DNA of 64,000 nt, from positions 206,832,001 through 206,896,000 of the forward strand of contig NC_042997.1 in assembly GCF_006345805.1 (NCBI RefSeq), given 5' to 3'. Below, in pieces: positions 25,955 through 38,835 of this stretch (positions are counted from its first letter, which is position 1; each line of letters opens with the position of its first letter). This stretch comes from Octopus sinensis (lineage: Eukaryota). The notes beneath the pieces are model-generated. The model did not search any database. It was not told the origin of the DNA and worked only from the letters and a program-made list of their open reading frames with translations. A program made the translations under genes and the position numbers.

Positions 25955-28215
25955 TCATCATTGTCATCATTGTCATCGTTTAACATCTGTTTTCCATACT
26001 GTCATTGGTTGGACAGTTCAACTGGTGTCTCGGAAGCCAGCTGGCTGCACCAGACTCCAGTCAGATCTGGCAGTGTTTCTACAGCTGGATGCCCTTCCTA
26101 ATGCCAAACATTCTGAGAGTGTAGTAGGTGCTTATTTTTACATGCCACTGGCATGAGGGCCACATGGGTCTGGCATCGACCACGTTTGGATGGTGCTTTT
26201 ACGTGCCACTGGCATGGAAGTCAGTCAAGACAGTGCTGGCATCAGGTACCTTTGGATGGTGCTTTTTTTTATGTGCCACTGGCACAGGAGCCAGACAGGT
26301 GACGCTGGCATCAGCCACAACTACAATTTCCATTTGATTGTGGTTTGATTTGATGTTGATGTATGTGACTCAATATGTCTCCTGAAGCATGGCATGTCGC
26401 CCTATGATCCAAGGTACAGAGGGGCTGGTTATGCTACACTGGCGTAGGCGACACCTGTGATCTCACTTTATTTGCTGGGTCTTCTCAGTCACAGAGGTCT
26501 TGGTCTTTCGTCATTGCCTCTGTAAGGCCCAACATTCGATGGTCATGTTTCACCACCTCATCCCATGTCTTACTAGGTCTCCCTCTACCAAGGATTCCTT
26601 CCACTGTTTAGGAGTGGCATTTCTTCAAACAGCTCTCCACATCTATCCGCAGTACATGACCATACCAGCGCAGACGTCTCTCTTGCAAGCCACATCCAAT
26701 GCTTCTTATGTCCAGCATTTCTCTCAGGGCACTTACACTCTGTTGTGCATGCACACTGACATTACACATCCAGCGGATCATGCTAGCTTCATTTCTTTCA
26801 AGCCTACGCATGTCCTCTGCAGCTACAGTCATGTTTCACTACTGTCAGGCATGGCAGTTCACACACATGCATCATACAATCTACCTTTCACTCTGAAAGA
26901 GAGGCCCTTTATCACCAGTAGGGGTTGAAGCTTTCTAAACTTTGCCCAGGCTATTCTTATTCCAGTGGTAACACTCTCTGAGCATCCACCCCCACGACTA
27001 CCTTGGCCACCTAGGTAGCAGAAGCTATCAACTACTTCAAGTTTCTCCCCCTGGCATGTGATGGAATCTGTTTTCTGAGCATCTGTGGTATTTATTGCCC
27101 CATTGCATCTGCTGCACACGAAAGCTATCTTCCCGGTTAATCTTCCTTTGATGTTGATGCACCTCTTATGCATCCATAGCTTACACTGAGTACATCTTAT
27201 GGAGTTTCTACATACACCTTTTCTACAGATTGAGCAGGGCCATTTACCTGAAGGTGTATGTGATGTGTTCGCCTTCCTATTTACTAAGACTTTGGTTTTT
27301 CACAACATTGACTCTAAGGCGCTTCGATTTTAAACCATGCTTCCACACCTGAAGTTTCATCTCTAGTTCTGGTAGCGATTCTGCTATGAGAGCCAGGTCA
27401 TCAACATAGAGGAGCTCCCAGGGGCAACCCATCTTGAATTCCTCTGTTATTGCCTGGAGGACTATGATGAATAAGAGGGGGCTGAGGTCTGATCCTTGGT
27501 GGGCCCCTACTTCAACCCGAAATTCCTCACTATCCTCATTGCTAACCCTAACCTTACTAACAGCATCTCTGCATCGGGCCTGTACAGCCCTTATTAACTC
27601 TTCATCAATCCCTAGTTTCTGCATCGCTCTCCAGATACGGGATCAGGGGACCCTAACAAAGGCTTTCTCCAAGTCCACAAAAGACAAGAACAGGGGTTTC
27701 TCTTGCAGTTGCTGTACCAGAAATATAGCATCAGTGGTGCTTCTACCTGGCACAAAACCAAACTGCATCTCATCTAGGCTAACTCTCTCCCTAATCAGTT
27801 GGGCTATGTCCCTCTCCATGACTTTCATCACCTGATCCAGCAGTTTGACACCCCTGTAGTTATTTCTATCTAAAGCATCTCCTTTACCCCTTGTAGCAGT
27901 TGACTATGGTGCTGCTACACCAGTCATTGGGTATGACTCCTTCATGAACTACCTGGTTTACAGACCGAGTGACTAGGCCATGGCCCACCCCACCAGATAT
28001 TTTAAGCACCTCTGCAGTGATTCCTGATGGGACGGGAGGTGGGGGTGGGGCTTTTCCTGTCTTCATACCCTTAATTGCCTTAACTACAAGGGAGCTGTCT
28101 ATTCGGATAGCTGGTCCCTCTACTGAGTCAACATTTGGCAGGCCCTCCTCCTCCCAGTTATTCTCAACATTCAGCAGTCTTTCATAATGGCTTCTCCAAG
28201 CCTCTTTCTTTTCAC
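25955..28215 (-). mobile_element. Degenerate RTE LINE (RT to 3' UTR)
   Basis: QFGFVPGRSTTDAIFLV, QGSDLSPLLFIIV, LLYVDDLAL, RRLRWYGHV; (ATC)n tail near 25950. Confidence 0.9.
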
Positions 28216-28224
28216 AATCATTAT

Positions 28225-28320
28225 GACTATTATCTATCTTTAATAAGCCTTCTGGCTATCAGTTATTTCTAATAAACCTTCTAACTATTAATTACCTCTA
28301 ATAAGTCTTCTGGCTATTTG
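28225..28320. repeat. Degenerate ~30-bp minisatellite (tctttaataagccttctggctat-like); related pieces at 17450-17535, 17735-17768 and 25858-25942
   Basis: Direct reading of recurring units. Confidence 0.65.
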
Positions 28321-28634
28321 CAACATGAATATTCTGAAATGACGTGAAAGTGTATATATATCGTTGACAGTGAGATTCAGCTATGGTGTCGCTGTTGGAT
28401 GTCTGTCACTGATGGACCCAGGCAGAGTGAAAATACATGATCTGGCAGTTCTGGTGCCAGTAGACAGATGATTGTCATCTGCCAACAATATAAATGTGAG
28501 TGCTTTTATGCACCATGTGTTCATAGGAAAGCTCCTCTCAAGGTAAATAACACAGTAAATAACAGCCTCCACATTTTGTTGGATATAAAGATTGCCATTT
28601 GGTGTTAATACTGCATCTGTTGCTATTGTTTTTA

Positions 28635-28995
28635 ATTGCCTTGATTTAGGTTCAGTCTCAATGTATGGCACCTTGGACAAGTCTCTTCGACTTCAGCCTT
28701 AGGCCAAACAAAGCCCAGTGAATGGGTCTGGTAAGCAGAAACTGAAAGAAGCCTGTCGTACATATGTGTGCAAGTGTTTTTCTCTGCTTTGACATTGTGT
28801 GATAGTTGTAGGCGAGTGTCCCTGTTATGCAAGCAGTGTCCTTTGTTTCTAATATTTTGTAAAATGGGGAAATAGTTACCTCCCTTGGAACGAGGTGAGG
28901 GTTGGTGACAGCAAAGGCGTCAAGCCATAGAAAATCCACCTCAACAAATTCCATCCAATCCATGCAAGCACAGAAAAGTGGATGCTATGATGATG
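28635..28995 (+). mobile_element. tRNA-derived SINE copy with (GAT)n tail
   Basis: B-box-like ggttcagtctc followed by the same body as 47880-48052 and 37260-37520. Confidence 0.6.
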
Positions 28996-29239
28996 ATGGT
29001 GACGGTGGTGGTGGTGGTGATGACACTACAGTTTGTCTTTGCTGCTTTTATTGTGTTTTTCTAGATCTGTTTCTAAAATATCATCATCATCATCATCGTA
29101 ATACATATATAAGAATGTATGTGTGTGTACATGTATGTGTATGTGTCATTATATAGAGAAAGTGAGAGAGAGAGATTCAGAGAAAGAATAAAGATTTGCA
29201 TTCCTTCTTCCAAAAAGATTTCTCTCTCTCTCTCTCAGA

Positions 29240-29730
29240 CAGACAAAGTGTTAGACCACTGAAAGCTGGATATAGTAACCTTTAGGAGGGACAAACAAGA
29301 GTGCCCAATAATTGATGTGGCAGTGCCAGGAGATCAACTTATCATCGTGAAAGAAAGAGAAAATATTGATAAATAAGGAGAGCTGAGAATTGAGATTGCT
29401 AAGATGTGGCAGGTACAAGAGTCAAACATAAAGGTTATCCCTATTGTCATCGGAGTATTGGGTTCAATACCATCCCATCTGAAAACTTTAGAAATACCCT
29501 ACAATCTAGGTGTATTGCAGAAGTCGGCATTACTTGGAATTGGATGCATATTGTGTAAAGTACTCTCTGTCTGAGGTCCTTGTTGTGACTTGACAAACAG
29601 TACAAACCCCCAGTAGACACAATATCTTCAATCAACAACCTCACAATATTGTATACTGTGCAACGTCTATAATAATATTAATAATAATAATAATAACAAT
29701 AATAATAACAATAACAACAACAATAATAAT
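29240..29730 (+). mobile_element. 3' fragment of second-subfamily R4/Dong-like LINE with (AAT/AAC)n tail
   Basis: IIDVAVPGD...ELRIEIAKMWQVQ..KVIPIVIGVLG endonuclease segment. Confidence 0.7.
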
Positions 29731-30785
29731 AGACGAGATGAAGAGCCTGATATGATTACAATAGCTATTTTATTGTTGAACGATATTTCAACAGCAAGCC
29801 TGTCTTTGTCGAGTTCAAAGGGAAAAGTGATAAAAATTCAAAATTATAGAAATTCAAATCTAAAATATGAACAAGAGCAACCAGCGTCCATGCGTTGATG
29901 GAATAACATCATCAATCTTCAAGCTTCAATTTTTCAGGTAGTGAAAAGAAAAAGAAAAAAGAGAAAAAAATAAAAGATAAAGAAAAGGAAAAAGAAGACT
30001 ATTTAATCAAACTGTTTTGTGAAATTCTTTCATTTAATTCGTTCATCCAGGCCATGATTTTAATAACCCACAAACATTTCTCCTCATGCATTTTGAGTAT
30101 TGAAAGTGAAACAGATTTAGAATATTTACTGAGAATATGCACTTTCTCGAGTCTTTTTCAAAATTGCAGCCATTTGATGCAAAATGTTCAGCAAGTTCCG
30201 TCCAATTACCGTTATTGTGCCTGACGTCATATCTGTGCCCATCAAATCTTTTGTTTAATTGTTCTTTTGTGCAACCAACATAAACCAAGTTGTGTTTCGT
30301 GCATTCTGCTGCATACACCAAATGGGAATCTCTACATGTCCCACCTTCTGTATAAATCATAACATTTCTGATATGATACCTGATGGAATTCACTTGATTC
30401 ATGTTGTTGTTCAATGAACAGGGCTTACCTCTTTTGCGGCTGTTTTTCAGGGTACAGCATGCAGGTACCCCAATGTTAGTTTTCTTGGAGTCAGAAGTAG
30501 AGGTTAATAATTCTCTTATATTTTTATTCTGTCTAACAGCTACAATGGGCGACTGAGGAAATATTTGTTTTGAAACAAGGATATTTTACTGCAAAAAGCT
30601 GGTAACTTTCATTCAACACTTTTGAAATGCCAGTGAAATTTTGGTCCTAGATATTCACTAAAGGATTTCTGATGTTATTCCATCAACGCATGGATGCTAG
30701 TTGCTCTTGTTCATATTTTAGATTTGAATTTCTATAATTTTGAATTTTTATCACTTTTCCCTTTGAACTCGACAAAGACAGGCTT
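29730..30785 (-). mobile_element. 5'-truncated Penelope-like element (GIY-YIG fragment) with a 116-bp inverted terminal segment
   Basis: PIVAVRQNKNIRELL...TCRDSHLVYAAECTKHNLVYVGCT; 29796-29911 is the reverse complement of 30670-30785 (2 mismatches). Confidence 0.85.
29776..29818 (-). ncRNA. Atypical minimal hammerhead-like motif in the Penelope pseudo-LTR
   Basis: Minus strand TTGAAC-tcgacaa(a)-GACAG-gcttg-CTGTT-gaaa-tatc-GTTCAA: 6-bp stem I, palindromic ATAT stem III, AUC site; core deviates (U3, C4, A8). Confidence 0.45.
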
Positions 30786-32390
30786 TATCATCATCATCAT
30801 CATCGTTTAACGTCTGCTTTCCATGCTAGCATGGGTTGAACGATTTGACTGAGGACTGGCAAACCAGATGGCTTCTGAAATATCATTCAACCAATGAAAT
30901 ATCTATTGCAATCCCATCATGCTCTTTGTCTTGTCTGTTTACCTTTGAGAAGAGTTACATCCATCCTTTTAAAATATAATAATAATAGAAATCAGTTCTT
31001 TAAAACACTCAGACTGACACCATGCTGAACCTATTCTTAAAAGCGCATGTATTTCCTCTCTCTCTCTGACACTCTGTCTTTTTACCCTTGCTCTCTCTCT
31101 CTCTCTCTCTCTATCACTTTCTTCAATACTTGTGAACATTACTTGTTGACATCATAAAAATCTTCAGCTGAATTCACTCAGTCACTGACCAATTCAAACA
31201 GCAAGCTAGTCTTTCGTTAGATTCAGATTAAGTTAAAACATTTCCCCTTCCTTCTTTGCTGAAATCTTAAATTCCCTCAAACCAGACACCTCACTGAAAT
31301 GCTTGTGACAAAGATAATTCCAGTAAACATAGCCAAGGTGCCGAGGGTTGGTGTGAAACCAAATGACGGATTAAGTTAACAATCCAGCATGGCCATGACA
31401 GGGTTTGAGCTCAGAATGCCAAGGGATGAAACAAATAGCAGAAGGTATCCTATCTGACCCCCTTACAACTCTGCCAGGGACACTTGGCTGCTATTACTAG
31501 CAAGTCAAGCCACAGCATAGAAGCCCCTTAATTGATTCATCCAACTTTGAGAAGAAATGTAAAGAATTGTGGGAAGAGTTTCCAAAGCGTTCCACTTTGA
31601 AGAACAGAAATGAAAGAAAACCATCAGTGTTCTGGTGGTGCCATTAACACATTTTTGGTTGGTCAGTAACCAAAATGGAATTGTTGAAGGATGTTGTGGG
31701 TAGGTAGTGGTAGTGGTGGTGGTTGTAGAGGAGGAGGTAGCTACACTGAATCCATATCAAGTTACAAAGAATTAAATCATGGAATGAAAGAGTTGAAGAA
31801 AACCAAGCTAACCTAAAAGTATGGAAGACAGGGCCATGAGACACATCAAAGATTCCAACATTTCAACTGAAGAATTCTAAGACACCAACAAATAAATTTA
31901 CAAAACTGATTCCATATTTTATCTTCATAATCATTTCCTTCATTAATTACAGAATATGTTTTGGGTTAATTCGAAAAATATCAAGTTGGAATTTGATGTT
32001 GTTGGAAGCTGTGGAAGAGGGAGACTCCAGGAAGACATGGGATGAAGAATTGAAGGCCAATCTCAAAACAGTGAGTCTTATGAAGGAGATGACAAAGGGA
32101 TGAGATATATGGTACATTGCTGTACTCAAGAAGACATGCCCACCACAACAGAATTGATATCCTAATAATGATAATGTTTGTCGATGATGGGCTCTGCCAT
32201 GTCAACCTTCTTCTCCACTCCATACACACACATTTCATCCCCTCACACCCACCATTTCCTCTATCACCTGAAAGCAGAATAGGCACATACTACCCCCACC
32301 CCATCCTGACTACCTTTCCTCCTCCCACCTCCTTTCAGCACCTTCTTCCCCCTCCCTCTGCTGCATAAAACAACAAAAACATCAACCAAC

Positions 32391-32618
32391 CTTTACTATT
32401 TCTGTGTCTTGAGGATAAACAACAAAGTTTACAACTTTGATCTGGCTTGAATTTTGATTTGAGTAGTTTTTCACTGCTTCATACATAATTCCAGGTAGTT
32501 GTTCAATGGGGTACCTCAATTTTCCAGCTCCTAATATGGGAAATGCAAGGCTTTTTGCTCCCATTCTCCCCGCAGTGTATAGACAAATGGTTATTATTTG
32601 AGTCAAGTTTGCCAGAAT
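32391..32618 (-). CDS. PARP14: Macro-PARP exon C (macrodomain 2, C-terminal half)
   Basis: ILANLTQIITICLYTAGRMGAKSLAFPILGAGKLRYP...VVYPQDTEIVK; 228 nt; AG/GT. Confidence 0.9.
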
Positions 32619-33197
32619 CTAAAAGAAAATAAGTGTCTAGTAAATGGTAATAGACATTTTATTAAATTATTTTCTTATTACAGGAAGAAACCATTTAGTT
32701 GTAATAAATATATTCTCTCCTCACAACTGTCATTCCTATCACTCTTTAGTCCTGCAAGGGACAAGGCAACCTCACTCATGTTGCTGCTACAATAAAACAG
32801 ATCCAATCCACCGTGTAAAATGATTGGTGAATGAAGAGAGAGAATGCAGACCCAAGCGGAGTCTTTAGTGTTGGGGAGGACATGACAACCTCTCTAGTGC
32901 TCGTGCCATGACAGAGAAAAACTCACCAATACAGAGAGTAAAACAGAGAAATATGTTTTAATATAGTCTTATTTATCAGTCGCATAACTGTTGTTAGGCC
33001 ATGAGGCTTTTTCCTTCTATTTATATATAAAAGTGTCCTGTTCATCGATATCTTCTGCTTCCTTCCAATGATAACTTGGAAGAACTAATATTAAACAGGA
33101 TGCTGACATTTGCTTTATGATTCTCACACAACATGCATAAGGTTCTCTTCAAACATTAACTGTTTCAATAAATCAATATCATATGATTGATACTTAC

Positions 33198-33425
33198 TAA
33201 ATGAGAATAATTTTCATCCCAGGAAGGTAATGCCAGATGAAATACATTCTTACATTTGAGGTTATATCCTTTAGTGATGGCTATTTTAAACGTAGAAATA
33301 CCTTGAGGATATTTCTGGTTACATTCATCTTGCATCTCGGGACCAGCAGCATTGAGAATAAATTTGGAGATAGAACCATCATTAAGCTGGAGCTGTTTAT
33401 TGGTGCTGTTAACGATGACATCAAC
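33198..33425 (-). CDS. PARP14: Macro-PARP exon B (macrodomain 2, N-terminal half)
   Basis: VDVIVNSTNKQLQLNDGSISKFILNAAGPEMQDEC...; 228 nt; AG/GT. Confidence 0.9.
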
Positions 33426-33706
33426 CTAAAAAAGTAATTTATGTTAAACAGCTAAGGAACATTCCGTGGAGAGAAGAGAGATACATTGTTGCAGTTGATA
33501 TTGTTGTTAAGAAAGGCTCTACAGAATGGCTGTAGTAAGTTTGAGGTTGTTAAAGTTAGCAAAAGATGTACTCAAGATATCAGATGTGAAGGAAATAAAA
33601 TGTTTGAGTTTGACTGAGAAAATGTTTTAATTAACTTTAATGATTCCTCATTTGGAAATGAAATAACAATTAAATATAAATAAGTTACATGAATCTATTT
33701 ACTCAC

Positions 33707-33825
33707 AGATGCATTAGAAATTGAATCAATCGTTAGGTTTATTTTGATGCCAGCATTTTCTCTGGACGTCATAGGGGTTGCTTTCTGTTGTGGACCAGGA
33801 AGGGATGGGTTTAATGATGTGGCTT
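33707..33825 (-). CDS. PARP14: Macro-PARP exon A (119 nt, phase 1-0)
   Basis: (E)ATSLNPSLPGPQQKATPMTSRENAGIKINLTIDSISNAS; acceptor ttgtttattttcag, donor gtgagt. Confidence 0.85.
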
Positions 33826-34229
33826 CTGAAAATAAACAATTAAACATTATCTCTCTCTGTTAAAAGAACTTCTTTGTTCCATATAAATAGTAATGATATT
33901 CCTTTCTGAAAATATGATTTAGCAAGAGAATACGTACTAACTTGTAGTCACCCCCCCCCCGACCTTTTATATAGCAACAAGGCTATATAACATTATTTCC
34001 ATCTATTTCTTCTACCACATGGACTAAAAATACATTGAAGAACATACTTGAAACTTTCAAAGTCTGAAAACAATGAAACTGGTTAGTAAAATGTGATCTT
34101 CCTCCTCCTTTTTTTCTTAAAACATTTATTAAAACAGGCTTCAGATGGTGTAGATTCCAGTAAGTTCGGAATTTGTTGTGAAAAAAATGTTTTTGAGGAA
34201 GTGGAGAGAGGAGTTTCAGAAAATTCACA

Positions 34230-34495
34230 CCAGTCAAATTTGGTTCCTTTTGGCACGTAAAAAGCACCAACCAATCATGACCGTTGCCAGCCTCCTCTGG
34301 CCTCTGTGCCAGTGGTGCGTAAAAAGCCCCCAGTACACTCACGGAGTTGTTGGCATTAGGAAGGACATCCAGCTGTAGAAACACTGCCAGATCAGATTGG
34401 AGCCTGGTACAGCCTCCTGGCTTCCCAGACCCCAGTTGAACCGTCCAACCCATGCCAGCATGGAAAACAGACGTTAAAAGATGATGATGATGATA
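34230..34495 (+). mobile_element. RTE 3' UTR fragment with (GAT)n tail
   Basis: Matches 5300-5550. Confidence 0.75.
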
Positions 34496-35254
34496 ACTTT
34501 TGGGAAAATGATTATCTTTAAATGAAAATTTCCACAAATACCTTTAAGAGTCTGTATATTACGATAATGATGGAATTTAATATGAAAATAAAAATTGCTG
34601 ACATAAACAAATATCTGACATGTATCAACATGTCAGATATTTGTTTTGAAAGATTTTTTTTTTACAACAAATTCCAATAGAATTGGAATTTATACCATCT
34701 GAAGCATCTTTATAGAAAATCTCATTAAATAAGTATGCTTTTCTTTAAATTATGACGAAAGAAATTCATTGGGACACACATGTGTATGTATGGTGCAGGT
34801 AATGCTCAGGCTAGTTGCTGTATATCATTCCGCATGTGTGACCAGAAGTCTATAATAAACATGTAGTCTTTAAAATTTTTATCAAGGATATCTATATATA
34901 TGTGTGTGTGTGTATGTATATATGGTGCATTTTAAAACCTTTCTTATAATTTGTCTTTCGTGTATATATCACTCATATGGCAGTGTTGTCTGCTACACAC
35001 AATGTACATGCTTACCACATCACATGACTCAGGCTGATGGTCATGTGATAAGTAATTTCTAAGAGGGGAACCTGTTCAAGGAAAGAAACTTGGTTGTTCG
35101 GTTGAAGAAGGCTTCCAGAGCTAAATGGCCTCTCGTAAATACTTTAGAGTCAGGCAACTCTAAAACTCTTGGTTCAACATTATTGGACATAAGAAAATAA
35201 AACACTTATTTCAAGAAATTTCTCTCTAAAGAATTATTAGTAGAAAATGTAAAT

Positions 35255-36935
35255 CATCATCATCATCGTCATTTAACATCCACTTTCCATGCTGGCATGG
35301 GTTGGACGGTTTGACTGAAACTGATAGGCTGGAGAGCTGCACCAGGTTCCAGTCAGATTTGACACAGTTTCTACAGCTGGATGCCTTTCCATATGCCAGC
35401 CACTCCAAGAGTGAAATGGGTGCTTTTTATGTGACACCAGCATCGTCTACGATTTCACTTGGTTTGATGGGTCTTCTCAAGCATGGTAAATTGCCAGGGG
35501 TCTCAGAAACTTATCACCTCTGTGTGGCCCAAAGTTTGTAAGGTACTTTTTACGTAACACTGGCATCAGCCACAACTACAATTTCACTTGGCTCGATGGG
35601 TCTTCTTAAGCACAGAATATTGCCAAAGGTCTCAGCCACTAGTCATAGCCACCATGAGGCCCAATGTTTGAGGATCATTCTTCACCACCTCGTCCCTTGT
35701 CTATCTTGGGTCGATCTCTTCCACATGTCCCCTCTACAGTGCAGTCTTCTCTCTTGCACACCACATCTGATACCTATTGTGCACCATTTTTCTCTCCAGA
35801 TGCTTACACTCTGCCATACATGCACACTGACATTGCACATCCAGTGAAGCAGACTAGTTTCATTTCTTTCAAGCCTTTGCATGTCCTCTGCAGCCACAAC
35901 CCATGTTTCACTGTCGTATAGCATGGCTGTTTGCACACAGGTATCGTACAGTCTACCTTTCACTCTGAGGGAGAGGCTCTTCATTACCAACAAAGGTAAA
36001 AGCTCTCTGAACTTTGCCCAACCTAATCTTATTCTTGCACCTATGCTCTTGGAGCATCCACTTCCACTGCTAATTTGTTCACCTAGATAGCAGAAGCTGT
36101 CAACTACTTCTAGGTCTCCCTCACAGACATTTGATGGAGTTTATTTTCTGTACATTTCTAGTGCTTATTGTACCTATACATCTGCCACACACAACAACTA
36201 TCTTCCCGGTTAACCTACCTTTTACATTGCTGCACCTCTTATGTGTCCATAGTTTGCACTGGGTTTATCTTATGGAGTTTCTACCTACACCTTTTCTGCA
36301 GATCAAGCAGGGCCACCCACCTGAAGGAATTTGTGATATGTCAACCTTCCTACTTACTAAAACTTTGTTTTTTTTTCTAGATCAACTCTAAGGCCCTTTG
36401 ATTCTAGACCTTGCTTCCATGCCTGGAACTTCTTTAGTTCTGATAGTCAATCAGCTATTAGAGGAAAGACATCAGCTTAGAGGAGCTCCCAGGGGCAGCC
36501 TATCTTGAATTCCTTGGTTACTGCTTGGAGGACTATGATGAATAAGAGGGGACTGAGGTGAACCTCTACTTCTAGCCGGAATTTTTCACTGTACTTCTTG
36601 CCAACCCTCAACTTACTGACAGCACCCTTGTACATGGATTGAACAGCTCTCACCAACCTTTCATTTATCCCTAGTTTCTGCAGTGACCTCTAGATAAGGG
36701 ATCGGGGAACTCTGTCAAAAGCTTTCTTTATGTCAATGAAGGCCAAGTACAGAGGTTTATCTTTGGCTAGGTACAGAGGTTTATTTCCCGCAGCTGTCTT
36801 ACCAGGAACATAACGTCGGTGGTGCTTCTCCCTAGTACAAACCCAAACTGCATCTCGTCTAAACTAACTCTCTCCCTAATTAGTTGGGCTATGACCCTCT
36901 CCTTGACTTTCATCACCTGATCCAACAATTTGATC
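35255..36935 (-). mobile_element. Degenerate RTE LINE
   Basis: KGRLYDTCVQTAMLYDSETW and RT fragments; (ATC)n tail near 35260. Confidence 0.85.
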
Positions 36936-37652
36936 ACTCTCCAATGATTATTTTTTTGTTTTGGACAATTTATAACTTCGTATTAATTAGAATATGAACA
37001 ATAGTCATGTTTACAATGTATCAGATAAATAATTATAATTATCCTTCGTTAGTTATACAAGACAGGATTCACAGAGTGAGACAAGAGTATTTTATCAACC
37101 GCAATAAATTAAACATCTTCATCATCCTTGTTTTCACATCCATTGTTCCCTGCTTGCATGGGTCAGATTAGTTTATTGAGGCAGACTTTCTATAGCTGGA
37201 TGCTCTTCCTGATGCTAACCCTCACCTGTTTCCAAGCAAGGTAATATTTCCCCCTGGCCAGACATGGTTTCCACAGAAGACAGGAAACAAACAACCTCAC
37301 TTGTATGCTGGGGATGCTCGTTTGCAGCCATCACATGATGTCAAGACAAGAGTACAAACACACACAGTACATATATGAGGGGCCCTTGTATCAGTTTCCA
37401 TCTCCCAAACCAGTTGACAAGGCTTTGGTTGGCTCAGGGCCATACTAGAAGATATTTGCTTGAGTTGCCTTACATTGGGAATCAACATGGTTAGAAATTA
37501 ATCTTTTTAACCACAAATCCATGGCTGTGCCCATAAACCAATAATAGGAATCAGATAAAAGTTGACTGAAGGAGGAGGAAAAAATCTTAATTAACACCTG
37601 AAATAAATCATTTAAATTTTCACTAAAATATCAAACAAATAACAAGTCCTAC

Positions 37653-37832
37653 CTCTGCTTTTACTGATTCCAAACACCGTTTCTAGATGAAGCTTAAAAG
37701 CTCTGATTACTTCCTTCCGTACGTCAATCAGACAAATATGCTTTATTTTAGAATTTGAGTAAGCATCAAGATAATTCTTTATAGCTATAACTATACATTT
37801 GGTTCCTTCTTCTATGGGTATACCAAAAATAC
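37653..37832 (-). CDS. PARP14: Macro-PARP exon, end of macrodomain 1 (180 nt, phase 1-1)
   Basis: GIFGIPIEEGTKCIVIAIKNYLDAYSNSKIKHICLIDVRKEVIRAFK; tataacag acceptor, gtagga donor. Confidence 0.9.
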
Positions 37833-38134
37833 CTGTTATAAATAAAATATACAACATATTTAATCCAACAAATGTTCTTACTCAAAATATATATAATTAA
37901 CCTGTGATATTATTGCAGTAATTTATCAGCTGCAATACCAAGAAACAATACAATTCCATCATTTAGAAGAAGATTCTTTAATAGACAGAGGGGAAGTTTC
38001 TAGGTGCAATACCATGGCCATTGATGACCGAGGGGGGTCTTTACCCCCATTAATATACAATGGTATTTAATAAGGTCTAAGTTTGTCTCTCTCTCTCTCA
38101 TGTTGAACACATTTCTTTTCTTTGTTGTTTTTTC

Positions 38135-38174
<40 letters not shown>

Positions 38175-38195
38175 AATGATAATGATAATAATGAT

Positions 38196-38556
38196 AAAAC
38201 GTGTCTCTAAAAGAAATGGAGAAACTTTCAAACTACAAAGACCTGGAAATAGAGGTAACCAGAATGTGGAATCTAAAAACAGAAACAATTCCTATCATAG
38301 TAGGTGCATTAGGTATGATAAAAAATATTCAGACAAATACATAACAAAAACACCAGGACTTACAGACACATATAACATACAGAAAATTGCACTACTAGGC
38401 ACTGCACACATCCTACGCAGAACACTTTCCATACAATAACCATCAGAGCATCACAACAAATCACAGCACATACCTAAGGCACACAGAGCTGCGCTCAGTA
38501 GTGAAGTGAAAGCACGCTATAAAAATAAAACTACTGAATAATAATAATAATAATAA
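38196..38556 (+). mobile_element. R4/Dong-like LINE copy 3 (short 3' fragment) embedded in (AAT)n
   Basis: Near-identical to 16250-16616; flanked by (aat)n on both sides. Confidence 0.9.
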
Positions 38557-38835
38557 TCGTTTTAATGTCTCCTTTTCCATGCTTCAGGTGGAATTGGTTG
38601 AGGCAAATCTTCTATGTTTAGTTGACATTCCTATCACCCACCCCACACCAAGGAAGCTAATATTGCTCCATGGCCAGACATGTTTTCCTTGTAGACTGGA
38701 AATGGGCGACACTGCTTGTATGATGGTGCTCCTTGTTTACAAATATCATGTGATTAAAAGACAAACAGATACTAACACAGTCACACACACACTCACACAC
38801 ATATATATAATATGTGACAACTAGTTGGTTGTCAT

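Noticed and set aside
34048-34063. Possible 16-nt micro-exon (ttttcag-ACTTTGAAAGTTTCAA-gtatgt)
   Set aside because: Inclusion alone would shift the frame and hit a stop in exon A; no support without RNA data
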